Shown here piece by piece: positions 1 through 10,786 of a DNA stretch of 64,000 nucleotides. The notes under the pieces were generated by a model. It saw only the letters and a list, made by a program, of their open reading frames with translations, ran no database searches and was not told the DNA's origin. Position numbers and translations under genes: made by a program. Numbering within the stretch: position 1 is the first letter of the stretch; each line of letters begins with the position of its first letter. The stretch is from an uncultured Alphaproteobacteria bacterium (GTDB lineage Bacteria; Pseudomonadota; Alphaproteobacteria; Rhizobiales; Rhizobiaceae): positions 68,606 through 132,605 of the forward strand of contig CAVOVL010000006.1 in NCBI GenBank assembly GCA_963699855.1, written 5' to 3'.

Positions 1-241
1 CATTGTGGGTGTGGACATGTTCGCCCGCCTCGATGTCACCGGAGGCGAAGCCGATGATCTGCGCATATTTGCGGACCGCTTCGCCCTTTGCGATCTTGCG
101 GGTGGCGACCTTGTGACCGCGCGGGACGAGGCCCAGCGTCGTGACGCCGTCCACCTTTACCCCGGTTTCCAGCGCCCGCGTAACCGTCACGACATTGTCC
201 GCCTCGTGCAGGCGGACGCAAACCTGGGCAACTTCGTTCAT
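1..241 (-). CDS. altronate/galactarate dehydratase (UxaA/GarD family) N-terminal SAF domain; 5' partial gene, start ATG at 241, runs off the window
   Basis: Reverse-strand translation from ATG 241 gives MNEVAQVCVRLHEADNVVTVTRALETGVKVDGVTTLGLVPRGHKVATRKIAKGEAV..., typical UxaA N-terminus. A GGAG RBS lies 7 nt upstream. Not in the supplied ORF track because it is truncated by the window edge. Confidence 0.6.
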   Translation of the reverse strand, partial: MNEVAQVCVRLHEADNVVTVTRALETGVKVDGVTTLGLVPRGHKVATRKIAKGEAVRKYAQIIGFASGDIEAGEHVHTHN

Positions 242-264
242 TGCACTGTCTCCTGGCCCGCAAT

Positions 265-1194
265 TCAGGCGGATTTGTAAAGGACCATCGCCTCTTCAAG
301 GCTTGGCATCGCCGGCGCGGTGCCAGGTCGCGTTACTGAAATCGACGCGACGGCGCAGCCGAACCGGACCGCCTCGAGCGGGCTCATGCCCCGCGCCAAT
401 GCTGCGGCGAACCCGCCATTGAAGGCATCGCCTGCGCCTGTTGTGTCAAGCACTTTTCCAACCCTGAAAGCCGGCACGATTTCGGAAATCCCGTGGCCGT
501 GGATCAGTGCGCCCTTTTCGCCGAGCGTGATGATCGCGGTGCCGACGCCCTTTGCCAACAGGGCCTGGGCGGCTGCCCGTGCGTCGGCATCCGTGGAAAC
601 CGACATGCCGGTAAGCGCTTCCGCCTCGGTCTCGTTCGGCGTCATGTAGTCGCAAAGCTTGAAGATCTCATCGTCGAGCGGCGCGGCCGGGGCGGGATTG
701 AGGATGGTGATGACACCCGCGTCCCTGGCGATTTCCAGCGCCCGCCTTGCGGCCGGGATCGGCTGCTCCAACTGCGTGATGAACACTTTTGATCCGGCAA
801 TGAGATCGCGCCGCGTCTCGATGTCGGCCGGGCTGATCGTCGCCGCCGCGCCGGGTGCCACGATGATGGCGTTGTTGCCCGTCGCTTCCTCGATGAAGAT
901 ATAGGCCGCGCCCGTATAGCTCGACGGGTCGCGCGTCACGGCGGGCTTCACGCCCGCCTTCTCCCAGGTCGCCATCGCCATTTGTGCGAAGGCGTCCTCG
1001 CCCAGCTTGGTGACGAACGTGACATCCGCGCCGGCCCGCGCGGCCGCCACAGCCTGGTTGGAGCCCTTGCCGCCGGGCCCCAGCACGAAGGAATTGCCGA
1101 GGATCGTTTCGCCCATCTTTGGCTGGCGCTCCGCCCGGTAGGCGGTATCGGCGACGAATACGCCGAGGATTGTCACCTTCTGCGACTGGTTCAT
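265..1194 (-). CDS. rbsK: ribokinase (PfkB family carbohydrate kinase)
   Basis: Intact 309-aa ORF. Has the PfkB motifs GGKGSNQAVAAARAG and DTTGAGDAFNGGFAAAL, and ribokinase-like overall. Confidence 0.85.
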   Translation of the reverse strand: MNQSQKVTILGVFVADTAYRAERQPKMGETILGNSFVLGPGGKGSNQAVAAARAGADVTFVTKLGEDAFAQMAMATWEKAGVKPAVTRDPSSYTGAAYIFIEEATGNNAIIVAPGAAATISPADIETRRDLIAGSKVFITQLEQPIPAARRALEIARDAGVITILNPAPAAPLDDEIFKLCDYMTPNETEAEALTGMSVSTDADARAAAQALLAKGVGTAIITLGEKGALIHGHGISEIVPAFRVGKVLDTTGAGDAFNGGFAAALARGMSPLEAVRFGCAVASISVTRPGTAPAMPSLEEAMVLYKSA

Positions 1195-1201
1195 TGCGCG
1201 C

Positions 1202-1651
1202 TCAAGCCTCCGGCGGGATCACGCCCTTGCGGAAGGCGAAGCAACCGTAGAAGCGCCGCTCATGCGTCTGGATCACGCAATAGGCCTGTTTCGCCCGCTC
1301 GTAGAAGGCATAGCGCTCGATCGACACCATCGGCCATTTCCGGCCCTCGGCCCTGTCGATCACCTTCTGCACCTCCTTCTGGACAGGCGGTATTTCCTTC
1401 GGTGCACCGACGATTTCCATGCGGGCCGCAGCGTCGTCGACAAACGTGTCCAGCGGATACACCGACAGGATCGCCGCGATCGCTGTGGCTGCGTCAGCGT
1501 CGATGCGCAGTACCTCGCCGAATACGGTTTCGCGCGCGACGGAGTCGGACGGAAAATTCGTGTCGGCCACGATCAGGTCGTCGCCATGGCCCATCGCCCG
1601 AAGCGCATAAAGCACGTCGGCATTGAGCAGCGGATGAATTCCCTTGAGCAT
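1202..1651 (-). CDS. RbsD/FucU family sugar mutarotase (D-ribose pyranase / L-fucose mutarotase)
   Basis: 149 aa with MLKGIHPLLN...MGHGDDLVIADTNFP and C-terminal YGCFAFRKGV, typical of RbsD/FucU. Directly upstream of rbsK. Confidence 0.8.
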   Translation of the reverse strand: MLKGIHPLLNADVLYALRAMGHGDDLIVADTNFPSDSVARETVFGEVLRIDADAATAIAAILSVYPLDTFVDDAAARMEIVGAPKEIPPVQKEVQKVIDRAEGRKWPMVSIERYAFYERAKQAYCVIQTHERRFYGCFAFRKGVIPPEA

Positions 1652-1672
1652 TGTCCCTCCCGATATTGCTGG

Positions 1673-2737
1673 TCAGATGCGTTTGCCGCTTGCCAGGTCG
1701 AACAGATGTGCCATTTGCGGGCGCGGCTTCAGGTGCACTTGAGTGCCGGGCTTGAAGGCGTGCCGCTCGCGAAACAGCGCGGTCATGTCGGTTCCGCCAT
1801 GACGGAATATCACGACGGTTTCCGAACCGGTCGGCTCGATGACCACGACATCCGCCGCGATCCCACCGTCGTCGAGGTCAAGATGCTCTGGACGGATACC
1901 GTAGATGACTTGCTGTCCTTCGGCGACGTTCGCGCCCGGCGGAACCGGCAGATGTTCGCCGGTCGCCAGCGCGACGGCAAGTCCGGACTTATCCTTCTTG
2001 ACCGTGCCCTGGAGCATGTTCATCGCCGGCGAACCGATGAAGCCGGCGACGAAAAGATTGTCCGGCCTGTCGTAGAGTTCGAGCGGCGTTCCGATTTGCT
2101 CGACAATGCCGTCATGCATCACGACGATCCGGTCGGCCATTGTCATGGCCTCGACCTGGTCGTGCGTGACGAAGACAGTCGTCGTCTTCAGCCGCTGGTG
2201 CAATTCCTTGATTTCCACGCGCATCTGGACGCGAAGCTTGGCGTCGAGATTCGAGAGTGGCTCGTCGAAAAGGAAGACCTGCGGCTCGCGCACGATGGCG
2301 CGGCCCATGGCGACACGCTGGCGCTGGCCGCCGGAAAGCTGGCGCGGATAGCGGTCGAGGAACGGCTTAAGCCCGAGAATCTCGGAGGCGCTGTTCAGGC
2401 GTTTTTCGATTTCGCCCTTGTCCATGTTCTTGAGGCGCAGCGAGAAGGTCATGTTGTCCTTGACCTTCATGTGTGGGTAGAGCGCGTAGCTCTGGAACAC
2501 CATGGCGATGTCCCGGTCCTTGGGCGGTATGTTGTTGACGATCCGGTTGCCGATGGAGATCGTACCGGCAGTGATGCTTTCCAGCCCGGCGACCATGCGC
2601 AGGAGCGTGGACTTGCCGCAGCCCGATGGCCCGACCAGCGCAACGAATTCGCCGTCGGCTATCGCGATATCGACCCCGTGAATGACTTCAAGCTCGCCGA
2701 AAGTCTTCCGGACGGCATTGATTGAGACCTCGGCCAT
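1673..2737 (-). CDS. sugar ABC transporter ATP-binding protein (MalK/UgpC-like)
   Basis: Walker [10 protein letters not shown], signature [14 protein letters not shown], and a C-terminal TOBE-like domain. The ORF track starts at 2818, but the likely start is [13 protein letters not shown] at about 2737. Confidence 0.85.
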   Translation of the reverse strand: MAEVSINAVRKTFGELEVIHGVDIAIADGEFVALVGPSGCGKSTLLRMVAGLESITAGTISIGNRIVNNIPPKDRDIAMVFQSYALYPHMKVKDNMTFSLRLKNMDKGEIEKRLNSASEILGLKPFLDRYPRQLSGGQRQRVAMGRAIVREPQVFLFDEPLSNLDAKLRVQMRVEIKELHQRLKTTTVFVTHDQVEAMTMADRIVVMHDGIVEQIGTPLELYDRPDNLFVAGFIGSPAMNMLQGTVKKDKSGLAVALATGEHLPVPPGANVAEGQQVIYGIRPEHLDLDDGGIAADVVVIEPTGSETVVIFRHGGTDMTALFRERHAFKPGTQVHLKPRPQMAHLFDLASGKRI

Positions 2738-2888
2738 TGCTCCTCCCGCCCCGGCATAGGCGGCGAAACCTAATTGTTGCAGACGGTACTGTCCATCGCG
2801 TTTAAGGCTCTCATGCACCTCTGCCGCTTCCGTGTCGGAAAATGTCGTTTTCCTTTCGTATTGGCGTATTTACGGGCAGCCGGTTTTG

Positions 2889-2917
2889 TTGACAGTCAAT
2901 CCGGTTCAACCATACTC
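2889..2917 (+). promoter_or_regulatory. putative sigma70-like promoter (TTGACA-N17-CATACT) containing the perfect palindrome TTGACAGTCAA, in the divergent intergenic region between the ABC ATPase and the SBP gene
   Basis: Read directly from sequence 2889-2917. Lies between divergently oriented genes. No experimental support. Confidence 0.25.
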
Positions 2918-3062
2918 TCGCGACGGCCTCAGCATTCCGGGAGGAGGGTGCCGCGCGTTCTGAATTGCGGCGCCGCCGGACGAAAGCGCGAAAGCGCGAT
3001 CCATGCATGGGCGCCGTTCGGTTGCCGGCCGGATAGTCCTGCCGGGCCTTGGGAGGTTGAAG

Positions 3063-4713
3063 ATGAAAGTCGAAGTGTACGAAAAACTGATGGCCCTGCA
3101 GGCAAGCCGCCGCGCCGTGCTGCGCGGAGCTGCCGGCGTGAGCGCCATCGCAATAGGCGCCGCAACCGGCGTTCCGTTCTCCGGCAAGGCATTTGCCCAG
3201 GACAATGTGCGCGCTGAAATCCTGAAGATTCCCGGCGTCGGCAAGGGGTCGCCCACCGATGCCGACTGGCAGAAAGTCGGCGAGATGTGCCTTGGCGGCG
3301 ACCAAGGCCAGCGTTGCCGAAGGCGAGTTCGCGGGCGTCGAGCTCACCTTCATGGGCCTCAACAACCAGAACCTGCACAACTTCCTGTTCCGCGGCTTCC
3401 TGAAGCCGTGGGAGGCCTATACCGGCGCCAAGATCAACTGGATCGACCTTGCCCAGGCCGACTACAACGCCCGTCTGCAGCAGTCGATCGCGACCGGCAC
3501 CGTCGATTTCGACATCATCGAGATGGGCGCGCCTTTCGAGGGCGACACCGCCGGCAAGGGCCTGCTCGACGAGATGCCCGACTGGGTAAAGCAGCAGATC
3601 GACATGGACGACTATGTCGGCTACCTGAAGCCGCCGGTCGGCACCTGGGACGGCAAGCTCTACCGCATCACCATTGACGGCGACTGCCACACCTTCTCCT
3701 ACCGCAAGGACTACTTCACCGACGCAGCAATCACCGCGGCCACAGGGATGACCGAAGCGCCCACGACGTGGGAGCAGGTGAACGAGTTCACCAAGAAGGT
3801 GAAGGGCCAGAAGGACCCGCTGACCGGCCTCGACGCCTACGGCTTCCTTGACCCGCTCAAGGGCTGGGGCGGCTTCGGCTTCTACTTCCTCGAAGACCGC
3901 GCATCGGCCTACGCCAAGTATCCTGGCGAACCGGCATGGCTGTTCGAACCGGACACCATGAAGCCACTCGTCAACAATCCGGCCTGGGTGCAGGCGATCC
4001 AGGACGTCATGGACAGCATTCCCTCGCTGCCCGCGGACCAGATCAACGCCGACCCCGGCACGACCGCGTTCCAGCAGTTCCTTGCCGGCACCGGCTCGAT
4101 GCTGACCTGGTGGGGCGACGTCGGCTCCAACGCACGCACGTCCGATACCTCGGTCGTCGGCGACGTTGTCGGCTTCTCGATCAACCCCGGTGCAAACCGC
4201 GTCTACAACTGGCGCAAGAACGAGTGGGAAACTCCCGCCACGCCGAATTTCGCGCCAAACATGGCCTATATCGGCTGGGGCATCTACGTCACCAACCGCG
4301 TGTCGGGCGACGAGAAGAAGCGCAAGGCGGCATGGTCGGCTGCAGCCCATCTGGGCGGCAAGGACCTGTCGCTGTGGACGGCGGCCTATCCTTCGGGCTT
4401 CCAGCCATACCGCGGCTCGCACTTCGACTACGCCGAGTGGGAAGCAGCGGGCTACGACCGTGCTTTCGTCGAGGACTATCTCGGTTCGAACCTCGAAAGC
4501 TACAACCACCCCAATGCCGCGATCGAGCCGCGCATTCCGGGCATCTTCCAGTACTATTCGGTTGCGGAGGACGAACTCGCAAAGGGATTTGCGGGCCAGT
4601 ACAAGTCGGCGCAGGAAACAGCCGATGCAATCGCCGCCGCCTGGGAGAAGATCACCGACCAGATCGGTCGCGACTCCCAGATCAAGCTCTACAAGGCCTC
4701 GCTCGGCATGTAG
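3063..4713 (+). pseudogene. ABC transporter sugar-binding protein (family 1 SBP) with Tat signal, interrupted by one apparent frameshift near 3285-3295
   Basis: The N-terminus MKVEVYEKLMALQASRRAVLRGAAGVSAIAIGAATG carries an RR Tat motif and sits in the frame of ORF 3003-3677. The rest of the protein sits in the frame of ORF 3259-4713. Junction is KVGE / ALAATKASVAEGEF. A GGGAGG RBS lies before 3063. Confidence 0.75.
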
Positions 4714-4726
4714 TCCATTGATGAAA

Positions 4727-4778
4727 CCCGGCGGCGGATGTTCGCCGCCGGGACTTCCAATCTGATTTGAATTTTTCT
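4727..4778 (+). terminator. rho-independent terminator-like hairpin (CCCGGCGGCG-gatgtt-CGCCGCCGGG) followed by a T-rich tract, between the SBP and permease genes
   Basis: Perfect 10-bp stem read from sequence 4727-4752, then ...tctgatttgaatttttctcc. Typical intra-operon attenuator after an SBP gene. Confidence 0.55.
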
Positions 4779-4795
4779 CCAGCGAAAAGCCGACT

Positions 4796-5917
4796 ATGAG
4801 TTCCCAGCAAGGCGATCTCCTGCACACGGTAGCGCCTGACGATATTAGCGCCGGCGCGCAAGAGCCTTGGACAGCTGCTGGTCTTCGGCACCGGCGCGGT
4901 GCTTGTTGCGATGATCCTTTTGCAGGCGCTGCACGACAACGGCTACGTCAACTTCGGCTTCGAAGGCTGGCGGCCGATCCTCTACGCCTATATCGCCTGG
5001 GGCGCGGCGCTGTGCGCGGCGCAGGTGATGGTGCGCGGCGAGCAGGGCAAGCGCGCGCTTTTCGTGCTTCCCGCGGTGCTCTTTGTCATTTCGATGGTCG
5101 TCTTCCCGCTGATCTTCGGGCTGCTGATTTCGTTTTCCAACTGGAACCTGAGTTCGCTTTCCGGTCGGCAATTCAACGGCCTCGACAATGTCTACCAGAT
5201 GATGGGCGACCCGTTTTACTGGAACGCGCTGCGCAACATGGTGCTCTACGTCGCCGCGGTGCATCATCGAATACGCCATCGCCTTTGGGCTGGCGCTGCT
5301 GCTCAATTCGCAGATCGTGGCGCGCAAGTTCTTTCGCGTCGTCTTCCTGCTGCCGTTGATGCTGAGCCCGGTTGCGGTGAGCTGGATGATCGGCAAGTCG
5401 ATGATGGAAACCCGCTTCGGCCCGCTGGCGACGCTGGCGCGCTGGCTCGGCTGGGAGAACCCGTCCTTCTTCGGCACGCCGGAAATGGCGCGCCTCATGA
5501 TCATGGCGATGGACGCCTGGACGTTCATCCCGTTCATGATGATCATGATCCTGGCCGGGCTTCAGGCGATCCCGCGCGACGTGCTGGAAGCCGCCAAGGT
5601 CGACGGAGCGACGCGCCTGGCAGACATTCTGGAAGGTGACGTTCCCGCTGATGCTGCCGGTTTCGATCACGGCGATCATGATCCGCGTCATCTTCAAGCT
5701 GAAGCTTGCCGACATCATCATCACCGTTACCTCGGGTGGCCCGGGCGGCGCGACCGACTCGGTCACCAGCTTCATCTTCCGCGAATACCGCGACCGATCG
5801 AATGTCGGCTACGGCACGCTGCTGGCGATGTTCTACCTCGTGCTGATCGTGATCTTCATGACCGGCCTGCTGAACCTGACGGCGCGCCTGCTGCGCCGTC
5901 CGACAACGATGAGCTAG
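4796..5917 (+). pseudogene. ABC transporter permease (MalF/UgpA-like), interrupted by at least 2 apparent frameshifts (about 5262 and about 5612); start uncertain (ATG 4796 or GTG 4899)
   Basis: Three consecutive frames carry permease sequence. They are ...FPLIFGLLISFSNWNL / EYAIAFGLALLLNSQIVARKFFRVVFLLPLMLSP...EAAKVDGAT / RWQTFWKVTFPLMLPVS.... The second shift is a one-base insertion (cgcCtggcag). Confidence 0.7.
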
Positions 5918-5927
5918 GGTCAGCGAC

Positions 5928-6846
5928 ATGGCAGAGGTCGAGTATGGCGAGAGCGGGGTAAGGGGCAAGGGAACGCTCGGCTGGTGGGCGATGCGCGTGC
6001 TCGTCTACGGCCTGCTGCTTTTCTGGACGATCGTGTGCGTCTTCCCGATCTACTGGACGATCACGACCTCGTTCAAGACAGCACCGAACGTCATGCAGGG
6101 CGCAATCATTCCCTTCATCGATTACTGGCCGGACTGGCGCGGCTGGCGCTCGCTCGGCCTTTCGCCCGATACGATCGGCGAGGTCTCCACCGTGCGCGGC
6201 GAGTTCATGGCGCGCTTTGCCAATTCGGTGATCATCTCCATCTTGTCGTCGGCGTCTGGCTGTGGTTCTGGGATCGCTCGCCGCCTATGGCCTGAGCCGG
6301 TTCTCCTACCGCTTCGGCTTTATGCGGAACTCCGACATTTCCTTCTTCTTCCTGTCGCAGTTGATCCTGCCGCCGGTCGTGCTCGCACTGCCGTTCCTCG
6401 TCCTCTACAAGGGGCTGGGCCTGCTCGACTCGCGTATCGGCATGATCATGATCTACACGCTGATGGTGCTGCCCATCGTCATCTGGATCATGCGCGACCA
6501 GTTCGCCGCGATCCCGGTGGAACTGGAGGAGGCCGCGCTGGTCGACGGGCTTGGCGTATGGGGCGCGTTCTTCCGCATCATCTTCCCGCTGGCGCTGCCC
6601 GGCATGGTCGCGGCTTTCCTGCTTTCGCTGGTGCTGTGCTGGAACGAGTATTTCTTCGCGGCACTGCTGACCAGCACCGACGCCAAGACGCTGCCGGTGA
6701 TGATCGCCAGCCAGACCGGTTCACAGGGCATCAACTGGTGGTCCATGGCAGCGCTTGCTTCAGCCGGCATCTTCCCGCTGTTGCTGGTCGGCGTCTTCCT
6801 CGAGCGACACATCGTCAAGGGCATGACCGCCGGCGCGGTCAAGTAA
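5928..6846 (+). pseudogene. ABC transporter permease (MalG/UgpE-like), one apparent frameshift near 6250
   Basis: ORF 5928 carries the N-terminal TM segment. ORF 6262-6846 carries the EAA-loop region (AALVDGLGVWGAFFRIIFPLALPG) and the C-terminus. Confidence 0.75.
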
Positions 6847-7591
6847 TCAGGGCTTCAGGATCGACAACAGCCGGGCGCTGATGAGATCGCGGGCCTTCGC
6901 GCCAAGTTCGGCCGATGCGTCTGCGGCGCTCCGCGTGTACCAGGCGGTGTTGTCGCCGATCGCGCGCCGCGTCCACGGCCTGCGGGCATATCGCCAGCAT
7001 CAGGGACGTTTCGCCTGCGCCGGCATGGTCGAACGGATATTGCGCAATGATGTCCGCCGACATCAGCGGGTGGATCTTGATCCAGTTGAACGGATCGGCA
7101 CCGGCCGCCTGCTTCGAGTAGTAGTCGACCATCTTTTCGTCGCCCCACCAGCCTTCGCCACGCTCCTTTTCCAGGAAGCGGAAGATCGCCTGCCGCGCGC
7201 CGAAGCGAAAGGCGAGGTCCGTCGGCATGCCGGGCGTGAAGTTTTCGGTCTGGTGATGGATGAAACCATGGATGTTGCGAAAACCGATGCGCAAAAGTCC
7301 GTGGAGCATTTCCTCGGCAAGCGGCGCGAGCTTGCCGGCGTCGACATGCACGGAGCCGTTGCCTTCGGGCCCGGCCACGGCATAGCTCGACGCGCCGTAC
7401 CAGAATGGCGGCAGGATCACGATGTCGAGTTCGGGCTCGACGATTTCCAGCATCTTCGTCACGGCAAGCGTGTCCATGCCCACCGCCATGTGCTCGCCAT
7501 GGTATTCAAGAACGCCGATCGGCAGGACGACGGGCCAGTTCAGGGCGATCGCGGTGCGGATCTGGTGGGGCAGCATCATCTCGTAGCGCAT
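6839..7591 (-). CDS. creatininase (creatinine amidohydrolase) family protein
   Basis: Starting from the internal ATG at 7591 gives MRYEMMLPHQIRTAIALNWPVVLPIGVLEYHGEHMAVGMD.... The C-terminal about 40 aa look non-homologous, so a possible frameshift at the end. Confidence 0.65.
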   Translation of the reverse strand: MRYEMMLPHQIRTAIALNWPVVLPIGVLEYHGEHMAVGMDTLAVTKMLEIVEPELDIVILPPFWYGASSYAVAGPEGNGSVHVDAGKLAPLAEEMLHGLLRIGFRNIHGFIHHQTENFTPGMPTDLAFRFGARQAIFRFLEKERGEGWWGDEKMVDYYSKQAAGADPFNWIKIHPLMSADIIAQYPFDHAGAGETSLMLAICPQAVDAARDRRQHRLVHAERRRRIGRTWREGPRSHQRPAVVDPEALIT

Positions 7592-7595
7592 CGGG

Positions 7596-8096
7596 CTACT
7601 CCATGTTGGTGTGGCGGGCGCGCATGGTATCGGCGTTTCGCCGCGCAATTCAGCTATGCGTGCGACCATCGCCTCGAACAGCAGGAACATTGACCCCTCG
7701 AAAATCGATCCCATCGGCAATGTGGTGCTGGCTTTTGCGCCTGTGTCGCTGGCCATGGTCTGCGCCGGCAACAGCAGCACGAAGTCGGCGAGCGAAGCAT
7801 CCGGACTACCGGCCTGGATGTCAGGATCATGCGCGCGCGCCGGCCTTGTTGGCTTTTCGGCATAGCGCGTTGACGGTGGACAGGTTGCCGGGGCCGGAGC
7901 TTGCGAAGAACAGGTCGCCTTCGCCGAGCGGGGGCATGTCCATTTCGCCCACAAAAGTGGCGTCAAGGCCGCAATGGTGAAGCCGCATCGCCAGCCCGCG
8001 CATCATCAACCCCTCGCGCCCGCAACCATAAAGGCCGGTGCGGGGGGCCGAGGCGATCATGCGGCAGGCCTCCTCGATCTGGACGGGATCGACCAA
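7596..8096 (-). pseudogene. SIS-domain sugar phosphate isomerase (HxlB / 6-phospho-3-hexuloisomerase-like) with two compensating frameshifts
   Basis: ORF 7827-8096 encodes the N-terminal SIS motif GCGREGLMMRGLAMRL. The middle (...SPDASLADFVLLLPAQTMASDTGAKASTTLPMGSIFEGSMFLLFEAMVARIAELRGET) lies in the frame of ORF 6839-7966. The C-terminus NADTMRARHTNME-stop is back in the original frame, with its stop at 7596-7598. Confidence 0.7.
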
Positions 8097-8144
8097 GGCC
8101 AGTGCCTTGCCGAGTTCACCCAGCGCATTGCCGAAAAATCGCGC

Positions 8145-9652
8145 TCATGGCGCAATCTTCTCGATATCTGCCATCAGGTCGCGGGTCCGGTCATAGATGG
8201 CGCGCCAGATACCGGTCTGCCGTGCATGCAGTTCCGCGAATTCCGTGCGTGGCGAGATCTCGCCTTCGACCGGGTTCCACATCGAGATATCGCCGGTCTC
8301 CACGTCGCCGACGGCAAGGGCCGCGAGGAAGGCGTTGCCGAACGACGCGCCGGTGCTGCGCTTCCTGACGGTCTGGGTCACGCCGGCAATGTCCGAAATC
8401 GCCTGAGACCACACCTTGTTGTTGACCCCACCGCCGACAGCAAAGACTTTCCGGGGCGCCTGGCCGATTTCGCGCCAGGTGTCGATGACATGGGCGGTGC
8501 CTTGCGCAATGCCTTCGAGCAACGCGCGGTAGATGTCGCCGCGCGTGTGCGTCAGGTTCAGGCCGAACAGCACGCCCTTGGCGTGGGGGTCGTTGACCGG
8601 CGTGCGCTCGCCGGAAAAATAGGGCAGCAGCAGCAGCCCGTTCGCGCCAGGCCGCGAACTTGGCCGCTTCTGCCGCAAGCGCGGGAAAGGCGTCCTTCGG
8701 GTCGAGTTCGCGCGCGAACTGGTCGCGGAACCAGTGCGTCAGCGTTCCGCTCGTCGCAAGCCCCGCCATGGATGCATGCTGGCCGGGAAACAGCCATGGC
8801 GCATACCAAAGGCGGGCATCGGCTATCCGTTCGGCCGTCAGCATGATGAAGAACATGGTCGAGCCATACATCAGCATCAATTCGCCGTCCTCGATCACGC
8901 CGACGCTGACGGCTTCCGACGCCGCGTCGATGGTGCCGCAGGTGACTGGCGTGCCCTCGGCCAGGCCGGTGGCTTGCGCGGCTTGCGCCGTGACATGCCC
9001 GGCGATCTCGCGTGGAAAACAGGATTGTCGGCAGGCGTTCCGGCTCGATGATGTCGTTCGCCAGCGAGGTGTCCCAGCCAAGCGTGTCGATGGTGTAGAG
9101 CGGCGAATAGTTCGCGGCCGTGTAGTGGTCGATCACCGTTTCGCCGGTCAGCCTGCGCACGATGAACGAAGTCGAGGTCATGACCTTGTCGGTCCTGGCG
9201 AAGATCTCCGGATGGTTGCGCCTGAGCCAAAGGATCTTCGGCCCGACCGATTGCGAAGTCAGTGCATTGCCGCAGCGTTCGACCAGCCTGTCCTCGCCGA
9301 TGCGGGTGGTCAGTTCCTCGACCTCGGCCTGCGCCCTTGTGTCCACTCCGTAGAGCACGCCGTTCATCAGCGGATCGCCGTTCGCATCCACCGGCAGCAT
9401 GCAGGGCCCGATGGCGCTCGCCGCCACGGCCCGGATCGACTTGGGATCGATGCCGCTCGTCGCCAGCATTTCGCGGGTGATGTGGACGAAATCGCCCCAC
9501 CAGTCTTCCTCGGGGCGGTGTTCGGCCCAGCCCGGACGCGGCACCAGCATCTTGTGGGGCCGGGAGGCTTGGGCAACCACCACGCCCGCCTCGTCGGTGA
9601 TCACGCCCTTCGATTCGAAAGTGCCGATGTCGACGCCGAGATAGTGCTTCAT
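8145..9652 (-). pseudogene. FGGY-family carbohydrate kinase (xylulokinase-like), at least 2 apparent frameshifts
   Basis: The N-terminus MKHYLGVDIGTFESKGV... starts at ATG 9652, inside ORF 8558-10087. The middle lies in ORF 8191-9081. The C-terminus (GGGVNNKVWSQAISDIAG...) lies in ORF 8145-8678. Confidence 0.75.
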
Positions 9653-10712
9653 GACGAATAGTCGTCCCGATCGAGGCTGAAGCCTGAATCGATGGCGCCG
9701 GCCGCCTTCTCGAGCAGAAGCGCCAAAGCCGACGAGATCGGCAAGGTCGCACACTTCCATCGCCGAATGCGAATAGCGGCACGGAAATCCGGCATCGATC
9801 ACGGCGACACCCTCTTGCGCAAGCTGCACATAGGAAGTCTCGGTGAGCGCCCCGATATGTGCGCTGCGCTGCAAGGGCAGCCCGTGCTTGCGCGCCGTGC
9901 GTTCGAACAGCGCGACGAGGGCGGGGTGCGGCAGCGTCCCGTTAAGCGTGCCGCGTCCGTGGAACGAATAGAGCGACATCGCCGGCCCGCCGCCAAGCGT
10001 CACCTCACCGCGATGGGCCATGTCCGGCGTGTCGGTCGCAAGGATGAGGTCGATCTGGATGGCGATGTCGGGCTTCAGCGCGTTCACCGCCGGTCATGGC
10101 GCCGCGAAGGTTGAATTCCTCCTGCACCGAAAAGACGAGATGCACGGTCGGCCGCACCGGCGCCTTGGCGAACCGGCGCGCAAGTTCGATCTGCACGGCG
10201 CAGCCGGCACGGTCATCGACCGAGGTGCCGGCGATGCGCCCGCCCGCCAGATCGACCACGTTCGGCATGTACACGACTGGCGTGCCGATATCGACGCCGG
10301 CCGCCCGCACCGCTTCCGCGCTGCCGAGCCCGGTATCGATGTAGATATCCTGGTAGGGAACGACCTTGTACTTTTCTTCCGGGCTGGTCGCGTGGTGGCT
10401 CTTGTTGGCGATCAGGCCGGGAATGTCGCGGCCTTCGCCGACGCACAGCAGCACCGCTTGCGCTGCCAGTGCGCGCTCCGGCACGCCGCCGAGCCGCTCG
10501 ACGCGGACGAAGCCGTCGCTTTCGATCTTGCGCACGATAAGGCCGAGCTGGTCCATGTGCGTGATGAACATCACCGACGGCGCGTCGGCGTCGCCCTCGA
10601 TGGTAGCAACAAGGTTTCCGAGCCGGTCGGTCCGGGTGGAAAGACCGATCTGCTGCAGGCTGGCAGCGATTGCCGCCCGGACGCGGCCCTCATGACCGCT
10701 GAGGCCCGGCAA
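9649..10712 (-). pseudogene. M42 family peptidase (FrvX/SgcX-like aminopeptidase/endoglucanase-like), 2 apparent frameshifts
   Basis: The N-terminus lies in ORF 10005-10712 (MPGLSGHEGRVRAAI...). The C-terminal part is the first 120 aa of ORF 8558-10087. The true C-terminal end ALALLLEKAAGAIDSGFSLDRDDYSS-stop is in a third frame. The stop TGA overlaps the FGGY ATG (ATGA). Confidence 0.7.
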
Positions 10713-10786
10713 TGCGCATCAGCCTGCGCAGATCCGCGCCGATGCGCTCAGACGCCGCTTCCAGTTCGGGCGATTGCCTCATTGTT

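Noticed and set aside
1262-2725. 487-aa + strand ORF, along with many other long ORFs antisense to real genes (e.g. 2929-4827 -, 24925-26427 +, 24974-26053 -, 35716-36768 +, 36974-38458 +, 56216-57547 -, 59937-60770 +)
   Set aside because: They have Arg/Ala/Gly/Pro-rich low-complexity translations typical of GC-rich shadow frames. Each lies opposite a gene with clear homology. None shows a recognisable domain.
3003-3677. 224-aa ORF and the 3936-4721 ORF as independent genes
   Set aside because: 3003-3677 supplies only the Tat signal peptide of the SBP before the frameshift; its tail is off-frame read-through. 3936-4721 is an alternative frame inside the SBP gene.
8558-10087. 509-aa ORF apparently encoding one protein
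   Set aside because: It is a chimera. The first about 120 aa are the M42 peptidase C-terminal region. Residues from MKHYLGVDIGT onward are the FGGY kinase N-terminus. The true M42 stop is in another frame and overlaps the kinase ATG.
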